A DNA stretch of 64,000 bases from Candidatus Saccharimonadota bacterium (GCA_027311865.1 DAICYC010000001.1:33880-97879); one strand, 5' to 3'. Numbered from the stretch's first letter, positions 1 to 11,442 are shown. A program made the numbers and translations. Notes: a model not told the origin generated them from the sequence alone.

Positions 1-863
1 ATAAATATCCCGATACTTTCAACGACACCTACGTCAATATGGTGCGAGCCGGCGAGGCGGCTGGTATTTTAGATGACATCCTGAAACGTCTGGCTCACCA
101 ACAGGAAAAAAGCGCCGCTATGCGAAAACGCATCAAGAGCGCCATGACTTATCCAATTGTTCTGGTTGTCATTACGGTCTTAGCCTTCTTTGGCCTGATG
201 CTGTTCGTCATTCCGCAAATTGGTAAGATTTTAGTCGACCTCGGTGGGCCGGACGCTCAACTACCCCTCATCACTCGGATTATGCTTGGCATCAGCGACT
301 TTATTACCGGCTACTGGTACATCATTTTACCGGTTATGTTCGGTGCCGTTTATTTGCTCTATCGATTCGTCAGAACTCCCCGCGGCAAACGTATTTTCGA
401 CACTATCCTGCTAAAGCTACCCGGCATCAAAACCGTCACCACTAAAATCGCTGTCGCTCGTTTCGCCCGTACCTTCTCGGCCCTGATGAGCGCCGGTGTC
501 GCTGTATTGGAAGCACTGGTTGTGACTTCACGAGCTGTCGGCAACACCCTTTACGAAGACTCCATCAAGCAAGCCGCTTTCGAAGTCAAAAACGGAAAAC
601 CCCTCTCCGAAGCTATCGAACGCGATCCGCTCTTCCCGGCAATTGTCGCCCAAATGCTGGCCGTCGGTGAAGAGACTGGTCAAACCGACACTGTTCTAGT
701 CAAAGTCGCCGAATTCTACGAGGAGGAAGTCGACCTGGCTATCGAAGGCGTCAGCTCAATCATTGAACCAGTTATGATCGTCATCATGGGTAGTATGGTT
801 GGACTGATTGCCGCCAGTGTCATGACGCCAATCGCCTCTCTGTCACAAAACATTAAGGGCTAA
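1..863 (+). CDS. pilC: Type IV pilus inner-membrane platform protein PilC (GspF family), 5'-partial
   Basis: Two T2SSF repeats (MVRAGEAAGILDDIL; MLAVGEETGQTDTVL...IEPVMIV); frame appears to continue beyond the window start. Confidence 0.93.
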   Translation, partial: KYPDTFNDTYVNMVRAGEAAGILDDILKRLAHQQEKSAAMRKRIKSAMTYPIVLVVITVLAFFGLMLFVIPQIGKILVDLGGPDAQLPLITRIMLGISDFITGYWYIILPVMFGAVYLLYRFVRTPRGKRIFDTILLKLPGIKTVTTKIAVARFARTFSALMSAGVAVLEALVVTSRAVGNTLYEDSIKQAAFEVKNGKPLSEAIERDPLFPAIVAQMLAVGEETGQTDTVLVKVAEFYEEEVDLAIEGVSSIIEPVMIVIMGSMVGLIAASVMTPIASLSQNIKG

Positions 864-911
864 CCTCGCATCACATTAATGCTCATGCTATACTGATTCT
901 TAGTATTATTC

Positions 912-1979
912 GTGGGCATCATGACAAAACTATTTCATAAAGACAAGCCACTTTTCGGACTCGACATCACCCATAGTGGAATAAGGGCTATGGCGATAGA
1001 TTCAAAGCGCCTAACCGTCGCCGGTTATGGGTCAATTGACCTCGAACCCGTCCGAGTTAAAGAGGCTTTGGAAGTCGCCGGCAAGTCGTACCTGACAGAC
1101 AATATCAAGCTGTTGATGTCCGAAAAAATCATTGGAACTATCCACTCTAAACAGGTCGCTATTGCTGCACCCACCGCTCGAAGTTTTTCTCGAACTTTTA
1201 TTCTGCCAACTAGCGTCGAAAAACGACTCAAAGAGGCTGTCGAACTCGAAGCCGAACAGTACATTCCAATTCCGATCGACAATCTATACATCGATTATCA
1301 GATTATCGAACGACACAAGAAAGAAATCATGGTTCTTATCAGCGCCATTCCAAAGGTCGTCATCGACAACCTAATCACCAGCGTTCGCAATGCTGGTCTC
1401 GAACCAGTACTAGTCGAGCCCGGCATATCGTCAGTCGGTCGAATTCTGACCGCCACCGAACGTGGTAACTTGCCATCGGTAGTTGTCGACATTGGCCCAG
1501 CTAATACCGACATCGCCATTCTCGACCAGGGAACAGTTCGTGTCACCGGCGGTCTGCCAGTCGGTGGAAATACTTTCACCCTCGATATCGCCAAAAAGCT
1601 TCACGTCTCCCTCGAAAACGCCCATCAGCTCAAGGTTCTAAGTGGACTCAATGCTGGGCCGCGGCAACAGAAATTGACTTCAGCCCTCGAACCGAGCCTC
1701 GAGAGAATACTTTCCGAAGTCAAAAAAGTGATGCGCTACTACAACGAGCGAGTAAATAGCGAAAGAAAGCTTGAACAGTTACTGATCGTCGGCAGTGGTA
1801 GCAATCTCCCTGGAATTGGTGAGTACTTTACTAACGGCCTATTCATTGCCGCTCGTGTTGCTAGCCCTTGGCAAAAACTAGATTTTGCTCATATTCAGGA
1901 GCCGCCGAAACAGTTCAAGCCTCGGTATATTACAGTCGCCGGTGTAGCCAGCATTAACCCGGGAGCAATCTGGAAATGA
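912..1979 (+). CDS. pilM: Type IV pilus assembly protein PilM (actin-like)
   Basis: FGLDI, EAEQYIPIP, VVDIG, VGSGSNLPG motifs; follows pilC. Confidence 0.92.
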   Translation: MGIMTKLFHKDKPLFGLDITHSGIRAMAIDSKRLTVAGYGSIDLEPVRVKEALEVAGKSYLTDNIKLLMSEKIIGTIHSKQVAIAAPTARSFSRTFILPTSVEKRLKEAVELEAEQYIPIPIDNLYIDYQIIERHKKEIMVLISAIPKVVIDNLITSVRNAGLEPVLVEPGISSVGRILTATERGNLPSVVVDIGPANTDIAILDQGTVRVTGGLPVGGNTFTLDIAKKLHVSLENAHQLKVLSGLNAGPRQQKLTSALEPSLERILSEVKKVMRYYNERVNSERKLEQLLIVGSGSNLPGIGEYFTNGLFIAARVASPWQKLDFAHIQEPPKQFKPRYITVAGVASINPGAIWK

Positions 1980-2533
1980 TAAATCTATTGCCGACCGAGT
2001 ACAAGCACCAGCTTCGCGCCGCGCGGGCTAACACCTTTCTTGTCAGATATATCTTCGTACTGCTCCTAGCGGCGGCCTTTGTAGTAGTAGTTATCGCTGG
2101 AGCCTACTGGCTGTTGACTCAAACAAAAACTAGCGCCGAAAGTCTAATTGAAGTGAACAGCGACAAGGCGGCCGTCTATCAAGCGACCGAACAAGAGATC
2201 ACCAACCTTTCATCCAATCTCGTGTCCTCCAAGCAAATTCTCGATCGGCAGAACTCATACGCCAAAACACTACGAGCGATCGGGGCAACCATGCCAACTG
2301 GGGCTATTGTCGAGCGAATTGAACTCAAAGACAGCTCATTCAACGCCGGAAGTTTGACTTTAAAGATCTTCGCTCGTAATAATCAAATCGCCACTAGCGT
2401 GCGCGAGGCTTTTGCCAACTCGGCTCAATTTACCGGTGTCAATATCGATTCGATCAGCGAAACCGGTGGCGTTGACGGCTACCCGTCCTCAGCTACATTA
2501 ACCTTATCGCTTAACCGGAGTATCGGACGATGA
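1976..2533 (+). CDS. pilN: Type IV pilus assembly protein PilN
   Basis: N-terminal INLLP motif, one TM helix, coiled coil; ATGA overlap with pilM. Confidence 0.85.
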   Translation: MINLLPTEYKHQLRAARANTFLVRYIFVLLLAAAFVVVVIAGAYWLLTQTKTSAESLIEVNSDKAAVYQATEQEITNLSSNLVSSKQILDRQNSYAKTLRAIGATMPTGAIVERIELKDSSFNAGSLTLKIFARNNQIATSVREAFANSAQFTGVNIDSISETGGVDGYPSSATLTLSLNRSIGR

Positions 2534-3078
2534 AAAAGAACACTGGCTTTCAAGCTTCATCGATGCGCAAAATTCTCGTTAGCATCTTCTTTGTAGTGCT
2601 ACTCGCCTTAATTGGTGCATACTACCTAGGACTTCGCGCGGTGAAAGATTATGCTGTCGAAGTCACTCAGACTACCAAGGACGTCACCGCCAGTAGTAGC
2701 AAGGTTGAAAATCTCAAAGATCTTGAGCTCAAGCTCAACCAAACGAAGGCCAGCGTCGACAAGGCCGACCGTATGTTTGCTCCTGCCAACGGTTACCAGA
2801 CTCAAGTCGTCAACGACCTCCGGCGTTACGCCACCGCAGCTGGTATTGGCCTCCAGACGACCGATTTCGCCAACCAAGCCGGTGAGACTGAAACCCGTAG
2901 CTTCTCAATTTCGTTAGCCAATCCAGTCGACTACAGTCAACTATTGCGATTTATTGAACTAGTTGAGACGAGTCTACCAAAAATGGAAATTAGTGAATTA
3001 ACCATCGCCCGCTCGGCCAACTCAAATGCCAGTCAAGTGAATGTCGAAAAACTAACGTTAAAGGTATACGTGAAGTAA
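2530..3078 (+). CDS. pilO: PilO-like pilus assembly protein
   Basis: TM + coiled coil + YSQLLRFIELVE segment; position after pilN. Confidence 0.7.
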   Translation: MKKNTGFQASSMRKILVSIFFVVLLALIGAYYLGLRAVKDYAVEVTQTTKDVTASSSKVENLKDLELKLNQTKASVDKADRMFAPANGYQTQVVNDLRRYATAAGIGLQTTDFANQAGETETRSFSISLANPVDYSQLLRFIELVETSLPKMEISELTIARSANSNASQVNVEKLTLKVYVK

Positions 3079-3079
3079 T

Positions 3080-3367
3080 ATGGCCACCATCAATAGTACC
3101 CGAATCAGATCAAGCTTTCGAACAATAATTCGTCGTTATCACCTAACTATCTTCGTGCTGGTTGTACTTATATTACTGACCGTCGCGGTCCTGATGCTTA
3201 GTAATATACTGAATGACGCTACTTTGGCTGACGACTACACCTCACCAATTCAGGCCGGCTCAATCGATGAGACGACCCTTCAGCGAATCGACGCGCTACA
3301 CACCAGCGATGGGCCGTATCCGGCCCCGACTAGCACTGCCACCAGAAGTAACCCATTCGGAGAGTAG
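3080..3367 (+). CDS. Small membrane-anchored pilus-cluster protein (PilP-position, ends RSNPF)
   Basis: Single TM helix, C-terminal RxNPF motif, last gene of the pil cluster. Confidence 0.55.
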   Translation: MATINSTRIRSSFRTIIRRYHLTIFVLVVLILLTVAVLMLSNILNDATLADDYTSPIQAGSIDETTLQRIDALHTSDGPYPAPTSTATRSNPFGE

Positions 3368-3384
3368 TGAGCTATACTAGTATT

Positions 3385-3966
3385 ATGCTTGTGCATGGAT
3401 CTAAATTCATCCAAACACCCGTCTTGAGCCTACAGACTGGCACCAAAATTGCCGATATCGCTCGAGCGATTATTGATCCCCGCAACTTAACGATTGCCGC
3501 CTATGAAGTTGCCGGGCCGACTCTAACTCAAGCGCCCGCCTACTTGCGTCTCCAAGAAATTCGTGAGATTTCGCCGATTGGCATGATTGTCGATAGTGCC
3601 GACGAACTAGTTGGAACTGATGATGTCATTAATTTACAGAAAATAATCGATATCAATTTTAATCTGATCGGCCTCCCAGTTTTTGACGAGACCAAACGTC
3701 GACTCGGGAAGGTAATCGATTACACCATCGAAACTGATGGCTTTGTTATTCAACAGATTAGCTTGAGTCGAGGTTTTCTCCAGTCGCTGAGCGATAGCGG
3801 CCTATTGATTCATCGTTCACAAATATTAGAAGTTACCGACACCGAAATTATCGTCAAGACAACCGCCAAAAAGGCCGCCGCTCAACCAGTTCGCGAATCT
3901 CAAGTCCGCAACTACGCCAACCCTTTTCGTAGTCCATCACCTCAGCCAGAATCGATTGATGCTTAA
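3385..3966 (+). CDS. Tandem PRC-barrel domain protein
   Basis: Two PVxxxxGxKI/LGxV-type repeats; start moved to ATG 3385 just after a TATACT box. Confidence 0.75.
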   Translation: MLVHGSKFIQTPVLSLQTGTKIADIARAIIDPRNLTIAAYEVAGPTLTQAPAYLRLQEIREISPIGMIVDSADELVGTDDVINLQKIIDINFNLIGLPVFDETKRRLGKVIDYTIETDGFVIQQISLSRGFLQSLSDSGLLIHRSQILEVTDTEIIVKTTAKKAAAQPVRESQVRNYANPFRSPSPQPESIDA

Positions 3967-4613
3967 CTTGTCAGATCGGTGTCAGAACGAAGTGCTTCTT
4001 TAATTACGTCGTAAGAAAACCCTTGGCGTGCCAAGTAAGCAATCAACTTGTCTTCACTGTCGTAGCGTCGAGATTTTCGAGCGATAATCTTGGTGATTTC
4101 GTCAACATCCGATCGATCGGTTTGTTGAAGTTTTTCACTAATCAAAGATGTCGAGACCCCTTTGGCCATCAGTTCCGAACGCAACAATCGTTGACTGGCG
4201 CCTTTCTTGAGACGACGGTTTTCGAGCCAGTAGTCGACAAACTTGCTGTCATCTACGTATCGTCGTTCGATTAGTTTGTCGAAAACTCTGTCGACGAGCT
4301 CCTGACTAACGCCGGGGACTAATTCACCTGTCTTGCCACGTCTCGGCATTGTTTTACGTCGTAAGTATTGCCTGACCTCAAACTGACTCCGCGGACGCGC
4401 AAAACAGTATTCCATCGCTCGGGCATATAATTTTCCGAACTGACTCTCATTCTGGAGTAGATCCAGTTCGGTGGCGCTGATTTCTTGACCAGTTTTCAAT
4501 CTCAGTTCAGCTAATTGATTCAACGACAAACTGAATTTATACGATCCGTCGACGCGAATGTTAACTCGATTCTTGTCGCGAGCCTGAACCGAGATTGAGC
4601 TGATTTTCATCAA
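3963..4613 (-). CDS. recX: Regulatory protein RecX
   Basis: RPRSQFEVRQYL, YVDDSKF, ELMAKGV, YLARQGF; directly downstream of recA. Confidence 0.92.
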   Translation of the reverse strand: MMKISSISVQARDKNRVNIRVDGSYKFSLSLNQLAELRLKTGQEISATELDLLQNESQFGKLYARAMEYCFARPRSQFEVRQYLRRKTMPRRGKTGELVPGVSQELVDRVFDKLIERRYVDDSKFVDYWLENRRLKKGASQRLLRSELMAKGVSTSLISEKLQQTDRSDVDEITKIIARKSRRYDSEDKLIAYLARQGFSYDVIKEALRSDTDLTS

Positions 4614-4616
4614 GAG

Positions 4617-5690
4617 CTATTTCTTGGTTTCGTCGGCGGTCTCTTTGACTGGCGGCTGATCGACGACGGCTACCTTTGATCGAACTTTTTTGTCGATTTC
4701 GGCTAAGATTTCTGGGTGATCGGCCAGGTATTGCTTGCTAGCTTCACGGCCTTGGCCGATTTTAGCATCATTATAGTCAAACCAGGCTCCGCTCTTGCCA
4801 ACAACTCCGTGCTGGACAGCCAAATCAAGCACGTCACCAGTCTTTGAGATACCCTCGTTGTACATGATATCGAATTCAGCAGTCCGGAAAGGCGGAGCGA
4901 TTTTGTTCTTCACGACCTTAACTTTAGTTCGGTTGCCGATGATTTCCTCACCTGATTTAATCTGACCAGTACGGCGAATATCGAGTCGCACCGAAGCGTA
5001 GAACTTCAAAGCATTTCCACCGGTGGTAGTCTCTGGATTACCGAACATAACACCGATCTTCATACGGATTTGGTTAATAAAGACAACAATCGTATGACTC
5101 TTGTTGATAATACCAGTCAATTTTCGAAGCGCTTGGCTCATCAGACGCGCTTGTAGTCCCATGTGGCTATCGCCCATCTCGCCTTCGATCTCAGCTTGAG
5201 GCACAAGGGCCGCGACCGAGTCCACCACCACCATATCGACAGCGTTCGAGCGAACCAGTGTTTCAACAATCTCGAGTGCCTGTTCACCGTTGTCGGGCTG
5301 AGCAACCAACAGGTTGTCGGTATCAACGCCCAGCTTGCGGGCATACGCCGGATCAAGAGCGTGCTCTGCGTCAACAAAGGCAGCTGTACCACCTTGTTTT
5401 TGCATTTCGGCGATAGCGTGAAGTGTCAGTGTGGTCTTTCCCGATGATTCTGGACCGTAGATCTCTACAATACGACCCTTTGGATAACCGCCACCGAGAG
5501 CTAAGTCGAGACTCAATGCTCCACTACTAATCAATTCGACGTCGACAGTCTTAGTGTCACCGAGGCGTCGAATCGCACCATCGCCAAACTGTTTATTGAT
5601 TTGCTCTTGAGCTAAACCAAGAGCCTTGAGCTTACCCTCGTTGGCCACAGGCGCTGCCGCGACGGACTTTTCTGATTTCTTTGCTGCCAT
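4617..5690 (-). CDS. recA: Recombinase RecA
   Basis: [27 protein letters not shown] signatures. Confidence 0.99.
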   Translation of the reverse strand: MAAKKSEKSVAAAPVANEGKLKALGLAQEQINKQFGDGAIRRLGDTKTVDVELISSGALSLDLALGGGYPKGRIVEIYGPESSGKTTLTLHAIAEMQKQGGTAAFVDAEHALDPAYARKLGVDTDNLLVAQPDNGEQALEIVETLVRSNAVDMVVVDSVAALVPQAEIEGEMGDSHMGLQARLMSQALRKLTGIINKSHTIVVFINQIRMKIGVMFGNPETTTGGNALKFYASVRLDIRRTGQIKSGEEIIGNRTKVKVVKNKIAPPFRTAEFDIMYNEGISKTGDVLDLAVQHGVVGKSGAWFDYNDAKIGQGREASKQYLADHPEILAEIDKKVRSKVAVVDQPPVKETADETKK

Positions 5691-5815
5691 TACACTCCCT
5701 CTCTTTAATCACTTCTTATTATACGTTGAGGATTATTAATTTGCCATAAACTTGACCGGCTTTCGAATAAACTGTCGACCAAAATTCGACTGTCGCACCG
5801 TGTTATAATCGACTT

Positions 5816-6211
5816 ATGAAACATACATCGCACGGCTTTACTGTAATTGAACTAGTAGTTGTCATCGCCTTTCTAGCAATCGCCAGTGTTATATTCTTTG
5901 CTCAAAAAAATAACCTGGAAATCGGCCAACGTGACGAAACCAGAAAAACGGCCATCAACGCCATGTATTACAGTCTCGAAGAAGTTTATTTCGCTCAGAA
6001 TAAACATTACCCTCGTACACTGAATGAAGATGCTCTACCCTCTGTTGATCCAGCCTTATTCAAAGACACCAATGGCGTAATGATTGGTGACAGTGCCAGC
6101 GAGTATCGTTATGAACCGGTGGATTGCGACGGCGATAAATGTCTCGGCTATACACTTCGAGCCGACCTGGAAAACGAAGCCGACTTTATCAAGCAAAATC
6201 GACGCGATTAA
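5816..6211 (+). CDS. Type IV pilin-like protein
   Basis: Prepilin motif GFTVIELVVV; C-terminal Cys pair. Confidence 0.85.
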   Translation: MKHTSHGFTVIELVVVIAFLAIASVIFFAQKNNLEIGQRDETRKTAINAMYYSLEEVYFAQNKHYPRTLNEDALPSVDPALFKDTNGVMIGDSASEYRYEPVDCDGDKCLGYTLRADLENEADFIKQNRRD

Positions 6212-7020
6212 TCGTCATTGACTGGTCGACCCAGCTTAAAAGATTCGACCGCATTGTTTAATATCGCAATATGCTCTTTTGGATTGGCGACGAAACTGAA
6301 TCGGTAAGTCGTTTCGTCCCCTTCAGTACTGAGGCGAATTGATCCGTAGTTAAACAGATGCTGGACAATATTTTCTTGTAGAAAACTGGCGTCCTCGATA
6401 TTGCCCAGACTGACCGTTTGCTCATGACGAGAGAACAGACTAGTTTGAATTTCCTGGATGACACTCTCGTTGGTTAGGAAGAAGCGGTTGTTAGTATAGA
6501 CATACCAAGCGGCAAACATTCCCGCAGCAACCAGCAGGCTCAACAATAGAATCGGAATCGACATTACAACTGGGCTGGCAATCGCACCAGTCAAGCCGAT
6601 ACTTTCCGCTAGTAAGTCATAAGTAATTAAAATTGATATCAACAAGGCGATAATTAATGTGCCAGCTCCCAGAGGGATAATTAGCCCAATCGGATGTCGT
6701 TTAACGGCACTTATTACATATTCACCATCAGTCAAGTTAAGATCAGGAAATTCCTTGACCGACTCATCGTGCCGAGCTTTGACTTCGGCGCTCATTTCTT
6801 GCCTAATTGGCTCAAGCGGTCTAACAGCATGAACAATTTGAGGCGCGAATGCTGGCTGAACCTGAGGCTGTACTGGCTGTTGAGTCTCAATCGGCGGATG
6901 AGCATATAGTGGTCTACCTTCCGGGTCATAAGCGACTGGTCGTGGTGGAACGGGCTGCTGCTGAAACTGGGGCTGATCCTGAGGCGATGTACCCTGATGT
7001 GAAACCGGTTGGTTGGTCAT
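6208..7020 (-). CDS. Membrane protein with bacterial PH domain and Q/P-rich N-terminus
   Basis: KRHPI, two TM helices, LTNESVI...IEDASF...FNYGSIRL pattern. Confidence 0.7.
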   Translation of the reverse strand: MTNQPVSHQGTSPQDQPQFQQQPVPPRPVAYDPEGRPLYAHPPIETQQPVQPQVQPAFAPQIVHAVRPLEPIRQEMSAEVKARHDESVKEFPDLNLTDGEYVISAVKRHPIGLIIPLGAGTLIIALLISILITYDLLAESIGLTGAIASPVVMSIPILLLSLLVAAGMFAAWYVYTNNRFFLTNESVIQEIQTSLFSRHEQTVSLGNIEDASFLQENIVQHLFNYGSIRLSTEGDETTYRFSFVANPKEHIAILNNAVESFKLGRPVNDD

Positions 7021-7033
7021 ACTATTATTATAC

Positions 7034-8038
7034 CTAATTTTCAGACGATAGGTGTCGACGAGCCTTGATTGTTATTCGACGACCGCGCGGAGTTCGTTCT
7101 ATAAAGCCAATCTGCATCAGGTACGGCTCATAGAAATCTTCAATTGTCGTAGCTTCATCTCCTGTCAAGGCGGCCAAAGTTGTTAGACCGACTGGATTAT
7201 CGCCGTAGTGTTCGACCATTCGTCGCAACAGATTACGATCACCAGCATCCAATCCGATCTCATCAATTTCGAGCATTGACAAAGCCGACTGAGCCGTTGG
7301 GACGTCAATGATTCCGTCACCGTTCACATCGGCGTAATCGCGAACGCGCTTGAGTAAGCGGTTGGCGATTCGCGGCGTCAAACGAGCTCGCGTCGACAGC
7401 ATCGAAGCTGCTTCTGGGTGAATTTGACTACCTAGTATATCGGCGGCCCGATGAATAATTTGTCCGATTTCGGCCGGCTGGTAAAATTCGAGTCGGTAAA
7501 TATGACCGAATCGATCACGTAGCGGTGCTGCCAAAGCTCCGGTACGAGTCGTCGCGCCAATAACTGTAAACTTTGGTAAATCTAGTCGGACACTACGGGC
7601 GGCCGGACCCTTGCCTATCACAATGTCCAACTTGTAGTCCTCCATGGCCGAATACAACACCTCTTCGACCGATCGGCTCAAACGGTGTATCTCATCGATA
7701 AACAAAATATCACCATCCTGTAAATTGGTCAGAATGCTGGCCAGATCGCCGGCTTTCTCAATAGCTGGACCAGCGGTGATGCGGATGTTAGCATTCATTT
7801 CGTTGGCGATGACAATAGCCATAGTTGTTTTGCCGAGACCAGGTGGACCATAGAGCAAAATGTGGTCGAGCACCTCATTACGCTTCTTGGCGGCATCAAT
7901 CGCTAATTTCAAATTAGTCTTTAAACGATCTTGGCCAACGTATTCTTGAAAAGTTTTTGGCCGCAGCGTGACTTCAATTAACTGTTCTTGAGTGTCGTCT
8001 TCGTCAGCCGATGTATCAACTAGTCGTTCGATGGCCAT
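7034..8038 (-). CDS. ruvB: Holliday junction helicase RuvB
   Basis: [24 protein letters not shown]. Confidence 0.98.
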   Translation of the reverse strand: MAIERLVDTSADEDDTQEQLIEVTLRPKTFQEYVGQDRLKTNLKLAIDAAKKRNEVLDHILLYGPPGLGKTTMAIVIANEMNANIRITAGPAIEKAGDLASILTNLQDGDILFIDEIHRLSRSVEEVLYSAMEDYKLDIVIGKGPAARSVRLDLPKFTVIGATTRTGALAAPLRDRFGHIYRLEFYQPAEIGQIIHRAADILGSQIHPEAASMLSTRARLTPRIANRLLKRVRDYADVNGDGIIDVPTAQSALSMLEIDEIGLDAGDRNLLRRMVEHYGDNPVGLTTLAALTGDEATTIEDFYEPYLMQIGFIERTPRGRRITIKARRHLSSEN

Positions 8039-8619
8039 TAGCTCCGACCTCCCCGCAAGGCTTCGCGAACGCGCTCAGCAGTCGGCAATTCCGCTGAGAC
8101 CGATGCGAGAGCGCTCATCGCGTCGCTGAGATTGTAACCTAAGGCCATCAATGCCTCGACGGCCTCATCTTTCGTATCGATTGTCGGTTCGTTCGATTGA
8201 ACCGTCGGTACGCGTGTGGCAAGGCCGACCTTGTCAGATAGATCAACACCGACACGATCGGCTGTCTTCTTGCCAACTCCGCTAGCCTTGGCAATAAAAA
8301 CACTATCACTTAGAGCAATTGCATTGCGAACCGTCTCGGCATCACCGAGACTCAAAATAGCCAAAGCTGCTTTTGGACCAACTCCTTGAACGCTAATTAA
8401 CATTTCGAATAATTTCTTGGCCGTCAGTGACGAAAAGCCGAACAGCTCTTGCGACTGTTCACGAATATGATGATAAGTAAAAAACTTAACTTTTTCGTCC
8501 AGCATCGACGAGTCGTAATCGTTGGCAGCTACTTGAATTTCATAACCAATGCCATGAACATCGACGATAATCGATTGACCAAACTTTTCAGCTACAACCC
8601 CAGAGACGTGCGCGATCAT
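8038..8619 (-). CDS. ruvA: Holliday junction DNA-binding protein RuvA
   Basis: MIAHVSG start, [25 protein letters not shown]. Confidence 0.96.
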   Translation of the reverse strand: MIAHVSGVVAEKFGQSIIVDVHGIGYEIQVAANDYDSSMLDEKVKFFTYHHIREQSQELFGFSSLTAKKLFEMLISVQGVGPKAALAILSLGDAETVRNAIALSDSVFIAKASGVGKKTADRVGVDLSDKVGLATRVPTVQSNEPTIDTKDEAVEALMALGYNLSDAMSALASVSAELPTAERVREALRGGRS

Positions 8620-8647
8620 ATCATCTATTATGACACAGCTTTGACAT

Positions 8648-9154
8648 CTAGTCAGGATGTTTGGACGATCGGTCATCAACTCGAGACATCAAGTAGTGCG
8701 TAATCGCTGCCGCCAAGGCATCAGCACAGTCATCAGGCTTGGGTACCGATTTCAAACCAAGCTGAAGTCTAACCATTTCTTGAACCTGCGTTTTGTCAGC
8801 CTTACCATAACCAGTTAACGTTTGTTTTATCTGCATCGGATTGTATTCGTATATCGGTAGCTTTGCCTGGCGAGCCGCCAAGAGAGCCACCCCACGAGCT
8901 TCAGCAACCGACATCGCCGTAGTTATATTACGACTAAAAAAGAGTTTCTCTACTGATACGACATCCGGCTTTGAGTCGCGAATGATGGTTGTCAGGCTGT
9001 CGTAAATATCCTCCAACCTCTCGGCATGATTAGTATAGGCTGGTGTTGTCACCACACCAGCATCAATCAGTCGATAGCTCGAATTGTCGACATCGACTAC
9101 ACCAAATCCGAGAATGCCCGTTCCGGGATCAATACCTAGTATTCTCATTCTCAC
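8648..9154 (-). CDS. ruvC: Crossover junction endodeoxyribonuclease RuvC
   Basis: ILGIDPG, GYGKADK, PDDCADALA. Confidence 0.97.
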   Translation of the reverse strand: MRMRILGIDPGTGILGFGVVDVDNSSYRLIDAGVVTTPAYTNHAERLEDIYDSLTTIIRDSKPDVVSVEKLFFSRNITTAMSVAEARGVALLAARQAKLPIYEYNPMQIKQTLTGYGKADKTQVQEMVRLQLGLKSVPKPDDCADALAAAITHYLMSRVDDRSSKHPD

Positions 9155-9173
9155 TAGTATACACTCCCACCGA

Positions 9174-10691
9174 TTACGAACGAGGCCGACTCACTCGATT
9201 CCATAGGCGTCCGCTAATCTTAGCTAATGACGACCTAAACTCCCAGGCGCCATACCCGATTAGGGCGAGTGCGGTACCGACTACCGCGACAATAACGTAC
9301 CATTGATTAGGTTGATGAACGATCGCCGTTTGACCTGGTCGACTATCAGCCTTTGACATCACCGCCACCTTACGACACCGACCAGTCTCGGGATTTCTCG
9401 CCTGTCCAGCGGGGCAATCTTTTGGTGCATCAACCACCGGGATTTTTCGACACCGACCAGTCTCGGGGCTGCGATAGTAGCCATCCTTACAGGCTGCCGG
9501 GGTCGCATTTATGGCACTGATAATCTTGCGGCAACGATTAGTCTCTGGGTGACGATATTGACCATCGAGACAGGGTTTAGGCGCTGGATCTGTCTCGATA
9601 ACCAGATTGGATAGGGTCAATAGTTTAAACACGTTAGCTTGACCAGGTGACGGTTGCGAACTGTAGGACCATTCACCAAGCTCGTTTACCTGCCAGGCAA
9701 ATCCATCTGATGGATCGTGATAACCTTCGGTTGTCGCTACAATATTGCCATCACCATCAATTAGCCGAACACTGGCTGACGTATTAGGCAAACTGAAAGA
9801 CAGTACTGAATTTCCAATCACGAGCCAGTCATTCGCCAAGATATTCATATCTTCCGGCAGCATATGTCGCTTTATCGTAGTGCCGACAATTTCGAGACTG
9901 TAACCTTCTAACGAGGCGATTTGTTCGGAACGGTTGTAGATTTCAATAAATTCTTGTCCAGCATCACTACCCAGAGCATTTGGTAATAATTCGCTAATTA
10001 TCAGGTCTACCGGCGTCGATTCGGGCTCTGATTCGATTGGAATATCTTCATCTATCGAGCACTCTATTTCATCGATACAATCAACGGTCGGCCTGGGCTC
10101 AACTTGATTAATTGGCCAGACCACATCCAGAGCAAAAGACCACTCTCCCATCAAACCCGATTGATCGTAGTAACAACCGGCGTCGGTTTCGACACAGGCC
10201 TCTCGATAAGCCACACCCCGAGACGACCAGTTGACGAACCACTGATAACTATCAATTACTTGACCAGAATCATCAACAAGCTGAAGATTATCCGACGAAC
10301 CCACTAAACTACCGCTCGACTGACTAATCGGCGAAAATATTAATGCCAAATCTGCATCGGGATATCGACTAGCAAAACTCTCCGACGCGACAATCGCATC
10401 ACCGAAGGGCGGCAGCCAGTATTCAAAATCTGACGAATTATCGAAGCAAGCAATGTCAATCAAATTCTTGTTTCTGAAGCACCATCCAGTGATATTCAGC
10501 GGTTCATGACTATTGTTGTGAAGTACGATTAATTCTTCTGTCGCCATCCCTGTCGGCCCGGCCTGAACGTGAGTCATTACGGCTCGGGGTGGCGCCGACT
10601 CAATGACCGACTCTGGCTGCTCAGTCACTAAACTGAAAGCGCTGGACGCCACTACTAAGTTAATAAGTAATCCAATCAAAAATCCCACCAT
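9174..10691 (-). CDS. Surface protein with lamin-tail domains, three Cys-pair repeats and C-terminal TM anchor
   Basis: IISELLPN...EFIEIYN lamin-tail motif; three C-x-G-xxRxPETxRCRK repeats; C-terminal TM. Confidence 0.8.
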   Translation of the reverse strand: MVGFLIGLLINLVVASSAFSLVTEQPESVIESAPPRAVMTHVQAGPTGMATEELIVLHNNSHEPLNITGWCFRNKNLIDIACFDNSSDFEYWLPPFGDAIVASESFASRYPDADLALIFSPISQSSGSLVGSSDNLQLVDDSGQVIDSYQWFVNWSSRGVAYREACVETDAGCYYDQSGLMGEWSFALDVVWPINQVEPRPTVDCIDEIECSIDEDIPIESEPESTPVDLIISELLPNALGSDAGQEFIEIYNRSEQIASLEGYSLEIVGTTIKRHMLPEDMNILANDWLVIGNSVLSFSLPNTSASVRLIDGDGNIVATTEGYHDPSDGFAWQVNELGEWSYSSQPSPGQANVFKLLTLSNLVIETDPAPKPCLDGQYRHPETNRCRKIISAINATPAACKDGYYRSPETGRCRKIPVVDAPKDCPAGQARNPETGRCRKVAVMSKADSRPGQTAIVHQPNQWYVIVAVVGTALALIGYGAWEFRSSLAKISGRLWNRVSRPRS

Positions 10692-10725
10692 AACCTAATG
10701 ATAATGATGGGATTTTAAATGAGGG

Positions 10726-11442
10726 TTAAACTTCTTGGATATCGGCGTTGGTGTGAACGTTAGTGACGTCATCGAGATCGTCGAGAGCCTCAAGTAGGCG
10801 AATCACCTTATTGGCTTGCTCCGCATCATCAACTACAACTGGCATGGTTGGGACATATTGTAGCTCAGCCCCGGACACCTCCAGCCCTGAATCCACAATC
10901 GATTGGCGAACCTTGGCTAGATCCTTTTGATCGGTATAAACAACCGTCTCGGCGCCTTCTTCCACAGCGTCTTCAGCCCCAGCCTCCAAGACCCCTAGCA
11001 AGACCTCTTCACCGGTTGCTGGAACAGTTATAACGCCCTTTCGTTGAAACTGGAACATGACACTGCCAGCATCAGCAATCCGGCCACCATTTTTCGTCAA
11101 TACCGTCCTCACCTCCGGGAAAGTTCGATTCTTGTTGTCGGTCGCCGTTTCAATAATAATGCCAACACCAGCCGGACCGATACCTTCGTATGTAATCTCC
11201 TCTAGTACGGCGGCATTTTTGTCGCTAACTCGATCAATCGCTCGCTGAATATTAGTCATCGGCATATTAGCTTGCTTGGCCTTTTCGATGGCCATCGCCA
11301 AAGCTGAGTTCATCGTTGGGTCGGCACCGCTGCGAGCGGCAATCGCAATCTGGTTGCCCAGTTTTGTAAATACGGCGCCCCGCTTGGCATCCTTGGCGCC
11401 TTTTTCGCGCTTAATCGTCGACCACTTACTGTGTCCTGACAT
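10726..11442 (-). CDS. yebC: YebC/PmpR family protein
   Basis: MSGHSKWSTIK, YEGIGPAG, TDNKNRT. Confidence 0.97.
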   Translation of the reverse strand: MSGHSKWSTIKREKGAKDAKRGAVFTKLGNQIAIAARSGADPTMNSALAMAIEKAKQANMPMTNIQRAIDRVSDKNAAVLEEITYEGIGPAGVGIIIETATDNKNRTFPEVRTVLTKNGGRIADAGSVMFQFQRKGVITVPATGEEVLLGVLEAGAEDAVEEGAETVVYTDQKDLAKVRQSIVDSGLEVSGAELQYVPTMPVVVDDAEQANKVIRLLEALDDLDDVTNVHTNADIQEV

